64,000 nucleotides of DNA. It comes from Candidatus Multivoradales bacterium. GTDB taxonomy: Bacteria; Acidobacteriota; Thermoanaerobaculia; Multivoradales; J023. Both the position numbers and the translations under genes were made by a program. Below are positions 30,235 to 40,182 of the stretch, one piece after another. Position 1 is the stretch's first letter. Each line of letters opens with the position of its first letter. The notes beneath the pieces are model-generated. The model did not search any database. It worked only from the letters and a program-made list of their open reading frames with translations, and was not told where the DNA came from. The DNA is taken from the NCBI GenBank assembly GCA_965248925.1, contig CBDFLE010000006.1:3936001-4000000 (forward strand), written 5' to 3'.

Positions 30235-30848
30235 TTGGTGGCCCTCATTGGTCCGGCGCCGTAGCGCTGGCGAAACTCTTCCCGCGCCCGCTTGATCCGC
30301 ATCTTCACCGCCGACAGCCCAAGGTCGAGGATCTCGGCGATCTCTTGGTAGGTCATGCCGTCGACATCGCGCATTACCAGGGGCAGGCGGAGGTTGTCGG
30401 TCAGTTGGTCGAGCACTTGCTGAATGCGTAGTCGGGCGCGTCCGGCCTCTAGATCACGTTCGGCATGCGAGCGAGTGCGCAGTTCAGGGGCGATTTGCAG
30501 GCCCTCTTCTTCCAGGCTGACCATGGTTTGGCGGCGCTTCTTCTCAAGATGATTCAGGCAGTGATTGACTTTAATGCGCTGTAGCCAGGTGCGGAACTTT
30601 GCCCGCCCTTCGAAGCTGGAGAGATGAAAGAACACTTTGACAAACACTTCTTGCGACAGATCCTCGGCGTCATTTGGTGAACGGGTCAGGTAGCGGCAAT
30701 TGGCCAGTACTCGCTGCTGGTGGCGGTGGACCAAGGCTTCGAAGGCTCGCAGATCCCCTTTCGGGGAGCCGCAAGCCGCCACCACCAACTCCTCGTCGGT
30801 GAGCGCCTGGATCGTTGGGCTGTTGAGCGTCTGACTGTCAGGCGTCAC
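30231..30848 (-). CDS. ECF RNA polymerase sigma-70 factor
   Basis: AEDLSQEVFVK, FRTWLQRI, region 4 TYQEIAEIL...AVKMRIKRAR. Confidence 0.92.
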   Translation of the reverse strand: MTPDSQTLNSPTIQALTDEELVVAACGSPKGDLRAFEALVHRHQQRVLANCRYLTRSPNDAEDLSQEVFVKVFFHLSSFEGRAKFRTWLQRIKVNHCLNHLEKKRRQTMVSLEEEGLQIAPELRTRSHAERDLEAGRARLRIQQVLDQLTDNLRLPLVMRDVDGMTYQEIAEILDLGLSAVKMRIKRAREEFRQRYGAGPMRATK

Positions 30849-30911
30849 GGAAGGCTCCTGTTACCCCAGAGATCGAGATCGCCGTTGGCCGCTCAATAGC
30901 ATCGGTTTCAC

Positions 30912-30937
30912 AGACCGGCCTGGGAGCTGAAAGTCAC
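30912..30937 (-). promoter_or_regulatory. Putative autoregulatory ECF promoter GTGACTTT-N14-GTCT
   Basis: Motif found three times with identical spacing. Confidence 0.7.
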
Positions 30938-31008
30938 TCTGAATGAGAGTAGGGCAGAGGATATAGGAGTTTGGGCGACTCCCAAGTGAGGCGGCTGCTA
31001 GATTCGAT

Positions 31009-31034
31009 GTGACTTTATCTACCAGCCGAAGTCA
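31009..31034 (+). promoter_or_regulatory. Putative ECF promoter GTGACTTT-N14-GTCA
   Basis: Divergent partner of 30912-30937. Confidence 0.7.
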
Positions 31035-31172
31035 GTAGGTACATTCGATAGCAAGTTCTGCTCGCCATAGAGTGGGTACGTTCTTGGGCTGGTTCTGCAG
31101 TCGGACTTGCAGCGGTCTCTCGGTAGAGAGACCGCTGCAAGACGGCAAATCACCTGTGAGGAGAAGAGGAAG

Positions 31173-33020
31173 ATGAGGAGCATAGAGAACATTAGATTGC
31201 GGCGGAGATGGGTATTGGCCGTAGGTTTGGCGATGGTCATTGGCCTGCTGCCGGCGACCTTGAACGCCCAAGAAGGCGAGGCGAATGAGGCACCGGCCGC
31301 TACCGAGGTAGGGACCTCGCCAGCCGAGCCGGAGGTCGCAGCGCCAGGCGCTGAAGAGCAGGCCACCGACGATGTGGCGGAGGTCGCCAGTGGTGCGGTG
31401 GCGACCTCCGGTGCGGTGTTGCAGGCCAGCGGTGAAGCGGTGACCTCGGCGGCGGTGGAGACCGCCGACACCATGGTGGCTGGCGGCGAAGCGGTGCTGG
31501 CAACTGGCGACAAGGCGGTCAATGATTGGTTGATACCGATTTGGGCGCGGTTCGCCGCCGCCTTTCCGTCGGTGCTCAAGGCTTTCTTGGTCTTGCTCGG
31601 TTTCTGGATCGCAGCCATCCTGGTAAGCCGTTCGGTCGCCTGGCTGTTGGGCAAGACGACACTCGATCAACGGCTGGTCAAGGAGTGGGGAATACAGAAC
31701 CTGTTCGAGTCCAAAGAGACCGGACGCACGGTCGAATCGACGGTGGCGACGGTGGTCAAGTGGTTTATTCTGCTCTTTGGTTTTGTTGCTTTTTTCGATG
31801 CTCTGGAGTTGGGCATGGTCGCCGGGCCGTTGCAGAACATCCTCAATCAGATCACCAGCGCGGTGCCCAAGCTATTGAAGGCCGCGGTCATCTTGCTCGG
31901 CTATTGGGTGCTGGGCTCGATCCTGCGAGTGCTGGCCACCAAGGGCCTGCAAGCGATGAAGTTCGACGACCGTGTCGGACGTTTTATCGCCAGCCGCAAG
32001 ATCAAGGGTGAAGATGTTGGCCCCAGTGGCATGGTCGGTCGCTTATTGTTCTACGTCGTGCTGCTCTTCGGCTTGCCGCCGTTCCTCGACGCTCTGGGTC
32101 AGCAGGCCATCGTCTCGCCGATGCGTGACATGCTGGGCAAGGTGCTCGATTTTGTGCCCAACTTGGTGGCGGCTTTGATCTTGCTGCTGATCGGTAAGGT
32201 CGTGGCCACCATCGTGCGGGAGGTGGTCACCAACTTCTTAGCTGCGACCGGGGTCGACCGCTTTGCCGCCAAATGGGGATTCGGCGGTGATGACAGCCGC
32301 CAGTTGTCAGCGATGATTGGCTCGGTGGCCTTCTTCTTTGCCTTCATCCCGATCATTGTGGCGGCGGTGGATGCTCTGCGCATCGAAGCGGTTTCGGGGC
32401 CGGTCAAGGGCACTCTCGAGCAGGTCATGCAAGCGATTCCGCTGATTTTCGTCGCTCTAGTGATCATGGCGATTGGCTACTACGTGGCCAAAGCGATTCG
32501 TGGCTTGCTGGAAGCGTTCTTGAACGGCGTCGGCTTCGATGAGTTGCCGAGCAAGCTCGGTCTGGCTTTCCTCACCCCCAAGGAAGGGCAGCTGGGGTTG
32601 TCGAGCATCGCTGGTACGGTGGTGATGGCAGTGATCTTGCTGCTCACCGCACAGCAAGCGTTAGCCACCTTGCAGCTGGGCCAGCTCTCCGAGTTGGTCG
32701 CTGGCCTGCTCGGCTATCTGCCGCAGCTGCTGGTGGGTCTGGTGATCATCTTGGCAGCGCTGAGCTTGAGCTCTTACGCCGCCGACCTGCTGAACTCGAT
32801 GTTGGCTGGCTCGCAGCACGGCCGGATGGTGGCGATGGTCGCCAAGTTCGCGATCATCTTCCTCGGCTTCAGCATGGGGCTGAACCAGCTCGGCGTGGGC
32901 GAGGAGATTGTTCGCCTGTTGGTTGCCGCGGTGCTCTTTGGCACCGCCCTGGCGCTCGGCTTGGCCTTCGGTCTAGGTGGGCGTGACAAGGCCAAGAGCC
33001 TGGTGGATAAACTCGAGTAG
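31173..33020 (+). CDS. Large CmpX-like / mechanosensitive-channel TM-helix repeat membrane protein
   Basis: Repeated P.L..A..ILL.G TM units; C-terminal ALGLAFGLGGRD. Confidence 0.8.
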   Translation: MRSIENIRLRRRWVLAVGLAMVIGLLPATLNAQEGEANEAPAATEVGTSPAEPEVAAPGAEEQATDDVAEVASGAVATSGAVLQASGEAVTSAAVETADTMVAGGEAVLATGDKAVNDWLIPIWARFAAAFPSVLKAFLVLLGFWIAAILVSRSVAWLLGKTTLDQRLVKEWGIQNLFESKETGRTVESTVATVVKWFILLFGFVAFFDALELGMVAGPLQNILNQITSAVPKLLKAAVILLGYWVLGSILRVLATKGLQAMKFDDRVGRFIASRKIKGEDVGPSGMVGRLLFYVVLLFGLPPFLDALGQQAIVSPMRDMLGKVLDFVPNLVAALILLLIGKVVATIVREVVTNFLAATGVDRFAAKWGFGGDDSRQLSAMIGSVAFFFAFIPIIVAAVDALRIEAVSGPVKGTLEQVMQAIPLIFVALVIMAIGYYVAKAIRGLLEAFLNGVGFDELPSKLGLAFLTPKEGQLGLSSIAGTVVMAVILLLTAQQALATLQLGQLSELVAGLLGYLPQLLVGLVIILAALSLSSYAADLLNSMLAGSQHGRMVAMVAKFAIIFLGFSMGLNQLGVGEEIVRLLVAAVLFGTALALGLAFGLGGRDKAKSLVDKLE

Positions 33021-33046
33021 TAGCTGCTGGTTTGGAATGAGTACCT

Positions 33047-33078
33047 AGGGCTCGCCGGAGGACCGGCGAGCCCTTCTT
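33047..33078 (+). terminator. Intrinsic terminator
   Basis: AGGGCTCGCCGG-AGGA-CCGGCGAGCCCT-TCTT. Confidence 0.75.
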
Positions 33079-33093
33079 GAGTTTAGCGACCGA

Positions 33094-35379
33094 CTACTGA
33101 ATTGGCGCTACGGCCGGGTTCGACTTCCACAGCCGGCGCCTTGGCGGCATGGCTCCACGACGAAAAATCTCTTCAGTGCTACCACGGCGCGAGGCTGCTA
33201 CGCGCAAACCGCTGCGAGCTTCGATCCAATGCTGCTCTAAGTCTGTCGGTGGCGCGCTCTGCCGTTGGGGTCGGGTGGGTATGGCCTGCGCCATGAATCG
33301 GCGCCAGATAGGCGCCGCCGCGGCGCTGGCCGATAGGCCGATCTTGCCATTGTCGTCCAGGCCCAGCCAGACCACAGTCACCAATCCGCCGCCACCACCG
33401 ACCAACCAGGCGTCGCGTTGGTCTGAGGAGGTACCGGTCTTGGCCCACACTTCGAGGTCGCCGGGGCGGGCGCCGCGGGCGGTGCCACGCTCGGCATTGT
33501 CGCGCAGCAAGTCGCGCACCAAGTAGGCGCTAGAGGGGCGGGACAGGCGGCGCGCTCGGCTGCCGCCACGTTCGAGGGTGCGGCCTCCGGGGCGGCGCAG
33601 GCGAAGAATGGGCACCGCTTGGCGCACCTTGCCCGGATCGCTGAAGACGGTGTAGGCCGCGGCCAGCTGCAACGGCGAGGTTTCGATAGCGCCGAGCACG
33701 AAAGCCGGAGGTGTGGCTGGTGGTAGGTCTAGGCCCGCTCGGCGCAGCCGTTTGGCGGTAGCCTCGAATCCACACCAGCGGGCGATCCGCACGAAGGGGA
33801 TGTTGAGCGAGCGGACGGTAGCTTCGCGCAAGCTCACCTGTTGCCGGTGCTTGCCATCCGGGTTACGCGGCTCCCATGCACCCGCGGGCAGATCGAGCCG
33901 CAGGGGCTGGTCGGAGACCTGCCGTGCGGGATACAGCGGTTGGCGATCGCCGCAGTCATCGAAGGCTTCGAGCAGCACCAAGGGTTTGACCGTCGAACCG
34001 GGTTGGCGACGAGCCCGGCGAGCGCGGTCGAAGGCATCGCCGGCTTGCGCCGGATCGCCGCCAACATAGGCCAACACCTCCCCCGAGGCGCCATCGAGGG
34101 TGACCAAGGCAGCGTGCAGGGGCCGGCCGCGGAGCTGGCGCTGAGTGCGACGAAGTTCTGCCAGGCCCCGTTCGACGGCTTCTTCTGCCAGATCTTGCAA
34201 CTCCGCATCGAGGGCGCTTTCGACAATCACCCCGCGGCCTTGCTCGGTATGGCGGGGAGCTTCTCGCTGGATTTCATCGCGCACCAGGTCAAGTAGGTAA
34301 GTCGGACCGGCGGCAGCTGGCGGTTGCAGCTTCAAAGGCGGCAGGCCGGCACGCCGGGCCGCCTCGACCTCGGCCCATCCAAGGGTCTCCAGACGGTCCA
34401 AGACCAGCCGCTGCCGGACTAGGGCGCGTTCTGGATGACGGTTGGGTGAGAGGCGGTTGGGGCCTTGGATCAGGCCTGCAAGAAGCGCCGCTTGGCCGAG
34501 TTCGAGGGAATTCGCCGAGCGTGAGAAGTAGGCTTCAGCAGCAGCGCCGATGCCGTAGATAGCCACCCCCCCGAGGTGACCGAAATACACATGGTCGAGA
34601 TAGGTCTGGAGAATCTCTCGCTTGTCGTGCTCGGCTTCGAGGGCGACCGCCCGCATGGCTTCTGAGACCTTGCGGCCGAGAGACCTCTTGGGGCTTAGAT
34701 CGCGCATCTTGATCAACTGCTGGGTGATGGTGCTGCCACCCTGGGTGATGCGACCCGCTTTGAAGTTGCGTAACAAGGCTCGCGCCACCGAGCGTCCGTC
34801 GACCCCGGAGTGCTCAAAGAAGCGGGCGTCCTCGATCGCGAGCACCGACTTCCAGACGTACTCCGGCAATTCGTCGAAGTCGATCGGCAGCCGCCGGGCG
34901 CGGTCGGCCTGTAGGGATTCGGCCAGCAGACGCGGCGCGAGCCGCGCTTTGGGAAGGTTTTTTTCGCCGCCGTCCTGGTGGGCGAAAATGCGCTCGATCC
35001 GGCCGTCGCTGCGACGAAGGTCGAGGCCCAGCAACAGGGCGGCCCGGCGGTGCCCAGGCCAGGAGTTGGCCCGGCGGTGAATCCAAAAACGCTCGTGGCC
35101 CCAGAAGAACTCCCCTGCATTCTGCGGCTGTCGATGAACGCGGCGATAGCCCCGAGCTTCGAGGCGTTGGGGAAGTCGGCTGCCAACGATGGTGGCGCCG
35201 GGCAGGATCGGCCACGGGGCGGCAAAGACCCTGATCTCGTTGCGCCCTAGTTGGTCAGCGAGTGAGTCGCCGACGACCCGCGAGCTGCAAACCAAGGCGC
35301 CGAGCAGCCAAGCGCAGCAGGCTACCAGGCAGCGGCGGCGGTCTACTCGCCGCTGTCGCTGGAGATAGAGGCCACCCAT
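33094..35379 (-). CDS. Class A penicillin-binding protein (PBP1b-like)
   Basis: EDARFFEH, GGSTITQQL, STVK, SLN and KTGT motifs. Confidence 0.92.
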   Translation of the reverse strand: MGGLYLQRQRRVDRRRCLVACCAWLLGALVCSSRVVGDSLADQLGRNEIRVFAAPWPILPGATIVGSRLPQRLEARGYRRVHRQPQNAGEFFWGHERFWIHRRANSWPGHRRAALLLGLDLRRSDGRIERIFAHQDGGEKNLPKARLAPRLLAESLQADRARRLPIDFDELPEYVWKSVLAIEDARFFEHSGVDGRSVARALLRNFKAGRITQGGSTITQQLIKMRDLSPKRSLGRKVSEAMRAVALEAEHDKREILQTYLDHVYFGHLGGVAIYGIGAAAEAYFSRSANSLELGQAALLAGLIQGPNRLSPNRHPERALVRQRLVLDRLETLGWAEVEAARRAGLPPLKLQPPAAAGPTYLLDLVRDEIQREAPRHTEQGRGVIVESALDAELQDLAEEAVERGLAELRRTQRQLRGRPLHAALVTLDGASGEVLAYVGGDPAQAGDAFDRARRARRQPGSTVKPLVLLEAFDDCGDRQPLYPARQVSDQPLRLDLPAGAWEPRNPDGKHRQQVSLREATVRSLNIPFVRIARWCGFEATAKRLRRAGLDLPPATPPAFVLGAIETSPLQLAAAYTVFSDPGKVRQAVPILRLRRPGGRTLERGGSRARRLSRPSSAYLVRDLLRDNAERGTARGARPGDLEVWAKTGTSSDQRDAWLVGGGGGLVTVVWLGLDDNGKIGLSASAAAAPIWRRFMAQAIPTRPQRQSAPPTDLEQHWIEARSGLRVAASRRGSTEEIFRRGAMPPRRRLWKSNPAVAPIQ

Positions 35380-35738
35380 TGCTGGATCTTGTCCTGGTCG
35401 ACGCCTTCGATTTCGATGAATTCGATACCCACCCCACGAGGTTTACGCCAGCGGCTGCGCCAGCGCACGATGGCCTTGGCCTGGATCGACTGGGTCGAGT
35501 CGTCTGAGTGCCGGCGGCCGAAGCTCAGCTCCAGCACCACACCCTTAGGTGGTGGCCGTTCGGTGACCAGAAGGAGGCCGCCCAGACTGACGTTCTGAGC
35601 AATCCCCTCGAGATAGGCGCGGGTCGGCCGATCGACTCGATAACCGCGGTAAAACACCGAAATACCAGAGGTCAATCGGGGGAAGCGGCGCTTTTCCTGG
35701 ACAATGGTCCCCACCGGCACAGCATACACGAGCGGCAC
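35343..35738 (-). CDS. PilZ-domain protein
   Basis: EKRRFPR and NVSLGG motifs. Confidence 0.8.
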   Translation of the reverse strand: MPLVYAVPVGTIVQEKRRFPRLTSGISVFYRGYRVDRPTRAYLEGIAQNVSLGGLLLVTERPPPKGVVLELSFGRRHSDDSTQSIQAKAIVRWRSRWRKPRGVGIEFIEIEGVDQDKIQQWVASISSDSGE

Positions 35739-35803
35739 ACTCAGGGAGCGTTCCGCCGCGGTCCAGAGGACCGCAGTCCAGGCCTCAGCGAAGGCTCGCG
35801 AAC

Positions 35804-36022
35804 TCAGACCGGATCGGCCCGCCAGAGCATCAGATCGACTCCTTCTAGTTCGGCGATAACGTCTTTGGGGGTTACCGGGTCACCGTCTTTAGAGCGCCGG
35901 GCGATCTCTAGCTTGCCCTGCGGTGTCACTAAAAATTGTAGATCATTCCCATAGCGCACCAGGGCGTGCTCAGCGATGGTAATGGCTGCTTGGATTTCGT
36001 GGATCGTAGTCTGTTCTGGCAT
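35804..36022 (-). CDS. Small hypothetical protein
   Basis: Protein-like composition; fills an intergenic gap. Confidence 0.55.
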   Translation of the reverse strand: MPEQTTIHEIQAAITIAEHALVRYGNDLQFLVTPQGKLEIARRSKDGDPVTPKDVIAELEGVDLMLWRADPV

Positions 36023-36509
36023 TTGGTACCCCAGTTCTGAAAAGTAAAGAGCCGAGCTGAAATCGCCCGAGCCCGCTCCTCGAACCCGCCTTCTTGCCCC
36101 ATCTGGGCCGTGGATTCGAATTTCTACCCCAACTCTCTAAATAGAAGAGATTTATTGGTTTCGGTGCAATGCTACCCTCTGCGTCTACCGACTGTAGTGC
36201 CGCGTTTGGGTGAGCTGTGTGGCTTGGTAAGAATAGATCGCCGCCTAGATCCACAGAAAAATGCTCAAAGTAATTGCCGATGTTGTCCATGGCGATCTCA
36301 GGCATCTCTGTTTTCATCGCTCGTTTCAAAGTTTTTTCGCGGTATTTGCAATTCTAGGTGGCTCGAAATAGAGATCATTCACATATTGAAATGACCTATT
36401 TAAGGCTACCTTGAAGCACTCGGTTGTCTGCCCTTGGAGTAGGGACGAATATAACATAAGCGATAGAGAGGGGGGCTCGGCGGAGCCTCTGTGCCTTTCT
36501 TCTGAGCCG

Positions 36510-37349
36510 TCAAAGTTGGTGCAAGAATGCACCGTAGCCAGCGCGGTAGGAGGGGAATCGGAATTCGAAATCGGTCGCCAGGAGCCTTCGGTTAGAGCAG
36601 CGTTTGCCGCGATTTGGTTTGGCGACTGGGGGTAGCGGCGGCGGCGGTGGTTGTCCGAGTTCAGCGCACAGCCAGTCGATGACCTCGGCGATAGGCACCG
36701 GTGCATGGTCGACCCCGAGGTAGATCGGTGCCGGTCGGTCGAGGGCCAGCAAGTGTTCCAATGCTCGCGCACAATCCTCGATGTGGATGCGATTGCTGAA
36801 GTGGGCCGGTTGTCGCTGAATCGGCTGGCCCTGGCAGGCGCGATCGACCAGCTGTTTGCGACCGGGGCCGTAGATTCCACCCAGTCGCAGGCTCACCGTC
36901 TTCCAAGGTGCGGCCGCAAGCACTTGCTCAGCTTCAAGCAGGCGCCGGCCAGTGAAGTGCCGCGGCGCGGTCGCGGAGTCCTCGTCCAGCCATTCACCTT
37001 CATTCTGGCCATAAACGGCGGTGCTGGAGGAGAAGAAGAAACTTGCCAGCTGCTGCCCACCATCGTCGAGTTCGCTGATCAAATGCTCTAGGGAGTTGAC
37101 GTAGGTGCGGCGATAGCAGAGGTCGGTGCGTTGGTCGGCAGCGGCGGTATAGAAAACGCTGTCAAGCGAGCTGGGCAAGCAGTGGCGATAGGACGCCGGA
37201 TCAGTCAGGTCGGCGGCCAAGGGCAAAATGGTTGCAGGCAAATGTTCGATCTGGCGGCGCAGTCCCCAAACCTGATGGCCCGCAGCGGCCAGCCGCCGTC
37301 CCAGACTACTGCCGAGTTCACCGCAGCCGGCGATTAGAATTCTTGCCAA
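36510..37349 (-). CDS. NAD-dependent epimerase/dehydratase (atypical SDR)
   Basis: IAGCGELG, SSTAVYG, RLGGIYGPG, NRIH. Confidence 0.9.
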   Translation of the reverse strand: MARILIAGCGELGSSLGRRLAAAGHQVWGLRRQIEHLPATILPLAADLTDPASYRHCLPSSLDSVFYTAAADQRTDLCYRRTYVNSLEHLISELDDGGQQLASFFFSSSTAVYGQNEGEWLDEDSATAPRHFTGRRLLEAEQVLAAAPWKTVSLRLGGIYGPGRKQLVDRACQGQPIQRQPAHFSNRIHIEDCARALEHLLALDRPAPIYLGVDHAPVPIAEVIDWLCAELGQPPPPPLPPVAKPNRGKRCSNRRLLATDFEFRFPSYRAGYGAFLHQL

Positions 37350-37352
37350 TTT

Positions 37353-38750
37353 TCAAATTTCCGTGTTGCAGCCATTTAGTGAGTGCGCCCGCTGCTGTTG
37401 GTTGAGGTCGAGGCGTAGACTGCTGGCATTCACTTCGCACATCGATACCATTTGTTCGCCTACCGGCAAGCGGAAAGTGCAGGCCGCCAGGCGCTCTTGC
37501 CCCAGTTCGGTCTCGAGTTCTGCCGCGCTCATGAATTTATGCACGATCAAGGCTAGAGGGCGCAGGCGCAGGCGGCCACGGGCCAGGCTGGTGAGGGCAT
37601 GGCCAAGCCAAGCTCGTTCTCCCCACAGTCGATAGACAAGGTAGGGCATCAGCTCCGCCGCCAGCAGAGGGTGGCGACAGAGCAGGCCAACCAACTTAAG
37701 GCTGTTCTCCCAGGGTGCCGCGCCGAGCGACGAGAACCCTCCCAGAGCACCGAGCAGCCGGTCGAGGAATCGCCGGTCCCAACTCTTGTCGCCATGCTGG
37801 TCAGCGCGCACCAGCTCGACGATGCGGCGCTGCTTGCCAAGTTCGACGACTGTGATCGGAGTGACGATGTTGCACTGTGGATGACCGAAGTGAACGGCGC
37901 GAGGATTGATGCTGTGGCCGAGGCCGTCACTGACTCGCTGCCACACCTGCTCGATGCTGACGTCCGCCAAGGGTTGATCCTGGGTCCGCCCCACCGCCGC
38001 CACCGGCTGCAAGCTGAGCATGCGGAAGGCGTCGGCGTGGCGCGCCACCCAATCGATCACTTCGGGCACTTGCGGCAGACTTTCCGGAGTTACGGTCATG
38101 GTCATGGCGGCGTACAGCCGGCGGCCGGTCTCGCGGCGTACTCGGCGGATCAGATCGGCGTAGCCCAGCCGGATCGGGTGCAGTTCGCTTTCGCGAATTC
38201 GCGGCCGCCAGCCGCGGCGGCCGCGCTGGGTCGAGTCGATGTGGATTGAAATCTTACCCAGGCCATAGGTGTCGACCAGTCGCAGCAAATACTCGGGACG
38301 GTCGAGCAGGCGCTGACCGTGGGTCATCAGCATCGGATCGAGGCCGATCTGGTGAGCGTAGCGGAAGTAGCCGCCGAGGGTTTCAAGGGGCAGAAGGGTG
38401 ACCTCGCCAGAGGTGATCTGAGCCTTGCCCCAGGGGCCTAGATAGGCTCGCAGCTGATCGAGCTGGCGGTATACCTCGGCGGCTTCGAGCGGCGGCGTGG
38501 AGTTGGCTGATCGTGACAGGTAGCAACTGGTGCAAGCGAAGTCGCAGCGCTCCATGACGCTGTGGGTGGCACCGCAGGAGATGTGCCAACGACCGCTGAG
38601 CTGGCCGGGTAGGCGGAGATCCTTGGGCAGCTCTCGCCAGTGTTCGCGGTTGAGCCGCAGGCGCTCTGCCGACAGCGGCTGGTGTAGGGCCTGCAGAACG
38701 CGGCTCAGCAGCGAGTGGGGCACCGGCCTCATGGTCTGGTGCTGCTTCAC
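37353..38750 (-). CDS. Radical SAM protein
   Basis: CDFACTSC motif, ITSGEVT; start uncertain. Confidence 0.85.
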   Translation of the reverse strand: MKQHQTMRPVPHSLLSRVLQALHQPLSAERLRLNREHWRELPKDLRLPGQLSGRWHISCGATHSVMERCDFACTSCYLSRSANSTPPLEAAEVYRQLDQLRAYLGPWGKAQITSGEVTLLPLETLGGYFRYAHQIGLDPMLMTHGQRLLDRPEYLLRLVDTYGLGKISIHIDSTQRGRRGWRPRIRESELHPIRLGYADLIRRVRRETGRRLYAAMTMTVTPESLPQVPEVIDWVARHADAFRMLSLQPVAAVGRTQDQPLADVSIEQVWQRVSDGLGHSINPRAVHFGHPQCNIVTPITVVELGKQRRIVELVRADQHGDKSWDRRFLDRLLGALGGFSSLGAAPWENSLKLVGLLCRHPLLAAELMPYLVYRLWGERAWLGHALTSLARGRLRLRPLALIVHKFMSAAELETELGQERLAACTFRLPVGEQMVSMCEVNASSLRLDLNQQQRAHSLNGCNTEI

Positions 38751-38893
38751 ATCGATGGGTCGCGGAGGGGGGTGAGACGAGCTGGGTGGTAGCGATCGGG
38801 CATTGAGACTCCTGGGTTGGTTGCGCGGCGGTATCGGTGCTGGTGATTCTAATTCCTTGCTCCGGCCCGATGGGTCTGGCACGATGCAGCCCC

Positions 38894-40123
38894 ATGGCGA
38901 AATCCGAGTCTGACATCGATGGCCTGGCCGCCGGCCCGCATCGCGCTTCTTTGGCTGTCGTTTACGCGACGGTTTTTCTCGATATCCTGGGCTTTGGCAT
39001 CATCTTGCCATTTCTGCCTTACTACGCCGAGCACCTCGGCGCTACCGGTCTTGGTTTGGGCTTGCTGTTCACTGCATACTCGGCAACCCAAATGGTCGGC
39101 GCGGCGGTTCTTGGCCGCCTGTCGGATCGCTTTGGGCGGCGGCCGATCTTACTGCTCAGCTTGCTGGGCTCGGCCCTATCGATGGCCCTTTGCGGCTTTG
39201 CCCAGACTTTGGTCGGGTTGTGCTTGGCGCGCGCCCTGGCGGGGTTGTTCGGCGGTAGTATCGCCACTGCTCAAGCCTACGTCGCCGATGTTACCGAGGA
39301 TCACGAGAGGGCCAAATATATGGGCCTGGTCGGCGCTTCGATCGGCCTCGGTTTCGTTGTTGGACCTGCTCTGGGGGTGGCGATTCGCGGACTTGGCTAT
39401 AGTTTTGCCGGCGCCGCCTTCACCGCGGCCGGACTGGCTTTGGTCAATTTCTTGTTCGGCCTGGCGCGGTTACGCGAGTCGACGACAGTGCGTTCTGCGA
39501 TGAGCGCCCGTCGGCCAGGTCCTGCCCAAATGCTGCGAGCGCTGGCGCGACCTGGCTTGACGCAGGTGTTGTTGGCGGCTTTTCTGACCACTTTTGCTTT
39601 TGTCGGAATGGAGACAACCTTCGCTTTTCTTGGGGCTGTTCGTTTTGCTTTCGATGAGCGCAGTTTTGGGCTGGTGCTGGTCTATGTCGGGGTGGTGATC
39701 GTCATCGTCCAAGGGGGCTTGATCGGGCGCTTGACCCGGCGCTTTGGCGTGCGGCCGATAGCGGTGGTCGGTGGCTCGGCGATGGCTCTGGCCCTGGCTG
39801 GTATCGGCTTGGGCACCACCTTGCCGGTGGCCCTTGCCGCCCTCGGCTTGCTCGCTGTCGGTCAGGGGCTGGTCTCGCCTTCTCTTTCGACGCTCAACTC
39901 CCTCACCGCCGCAGCCGGCGAGCAAGGCTGGAGCCTCGGCGCGGGCCAGTCGTTAGCCGCTGCTGCCCGTGGGGTCGGGCCGGTGATGGCTGGCTGGCTC
40001 TACGACCAAAGTGGCCGTATCGGCGGGCTGCCGGCGGGGGCCTTGCCCTATCTGCTGGCTGCCGGGGCGGCATTGCTGGCGGCAATTTTGGTAGCTAGTA
40101 TTCGGCTCGCTGAGCCGGCTTGA
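38894..40123 (+). CDS. MFS transporter (TetA/DHA1-like)
   Basis: GRLSDRFGRRP motif A; many TM helices. Confidence 0.92.
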   Translation: MAKSESDIDGLAAGPHRASLAVVYATVFLDILGFGIILPFLPYYAEHLGATGLGLGLLFTAYSATQMVGAAVLGRLSDRFGRRPILLLSLLGSALSMALCGFAQTLVGLCLARALAGLFGGSIATAQAYVADVTEDHERAKYMGLVGASIGLGFVVGPALGVAIRGLGYSFAGAAFTAAGLALVNFLFGLARLRESTTVRSAMSARRPGPAQMLRALARPGLTQVLLAAFLTTFAFVGMETTFAFLGAVRFAFDERSFGLVLVYVGVVIVIVQGGLIGRLTRRFGVRPIAVVGGSAMALALAGIGLGTTLPVALAALGLLAVGQGLVSPSLSTLNSLTAAAGEQGWSLGAGQSLAAAARGVGPVMAGWLYDQSGRIGGLPAGALPYLLAAGAALLAAILVASIRLAEPA

Positions 40124-40182
40124 CCCTGAGAGATCCTTGATATTGCCATCCAACCGCAACCCGCGAACCCTGAGAGAGAGAA

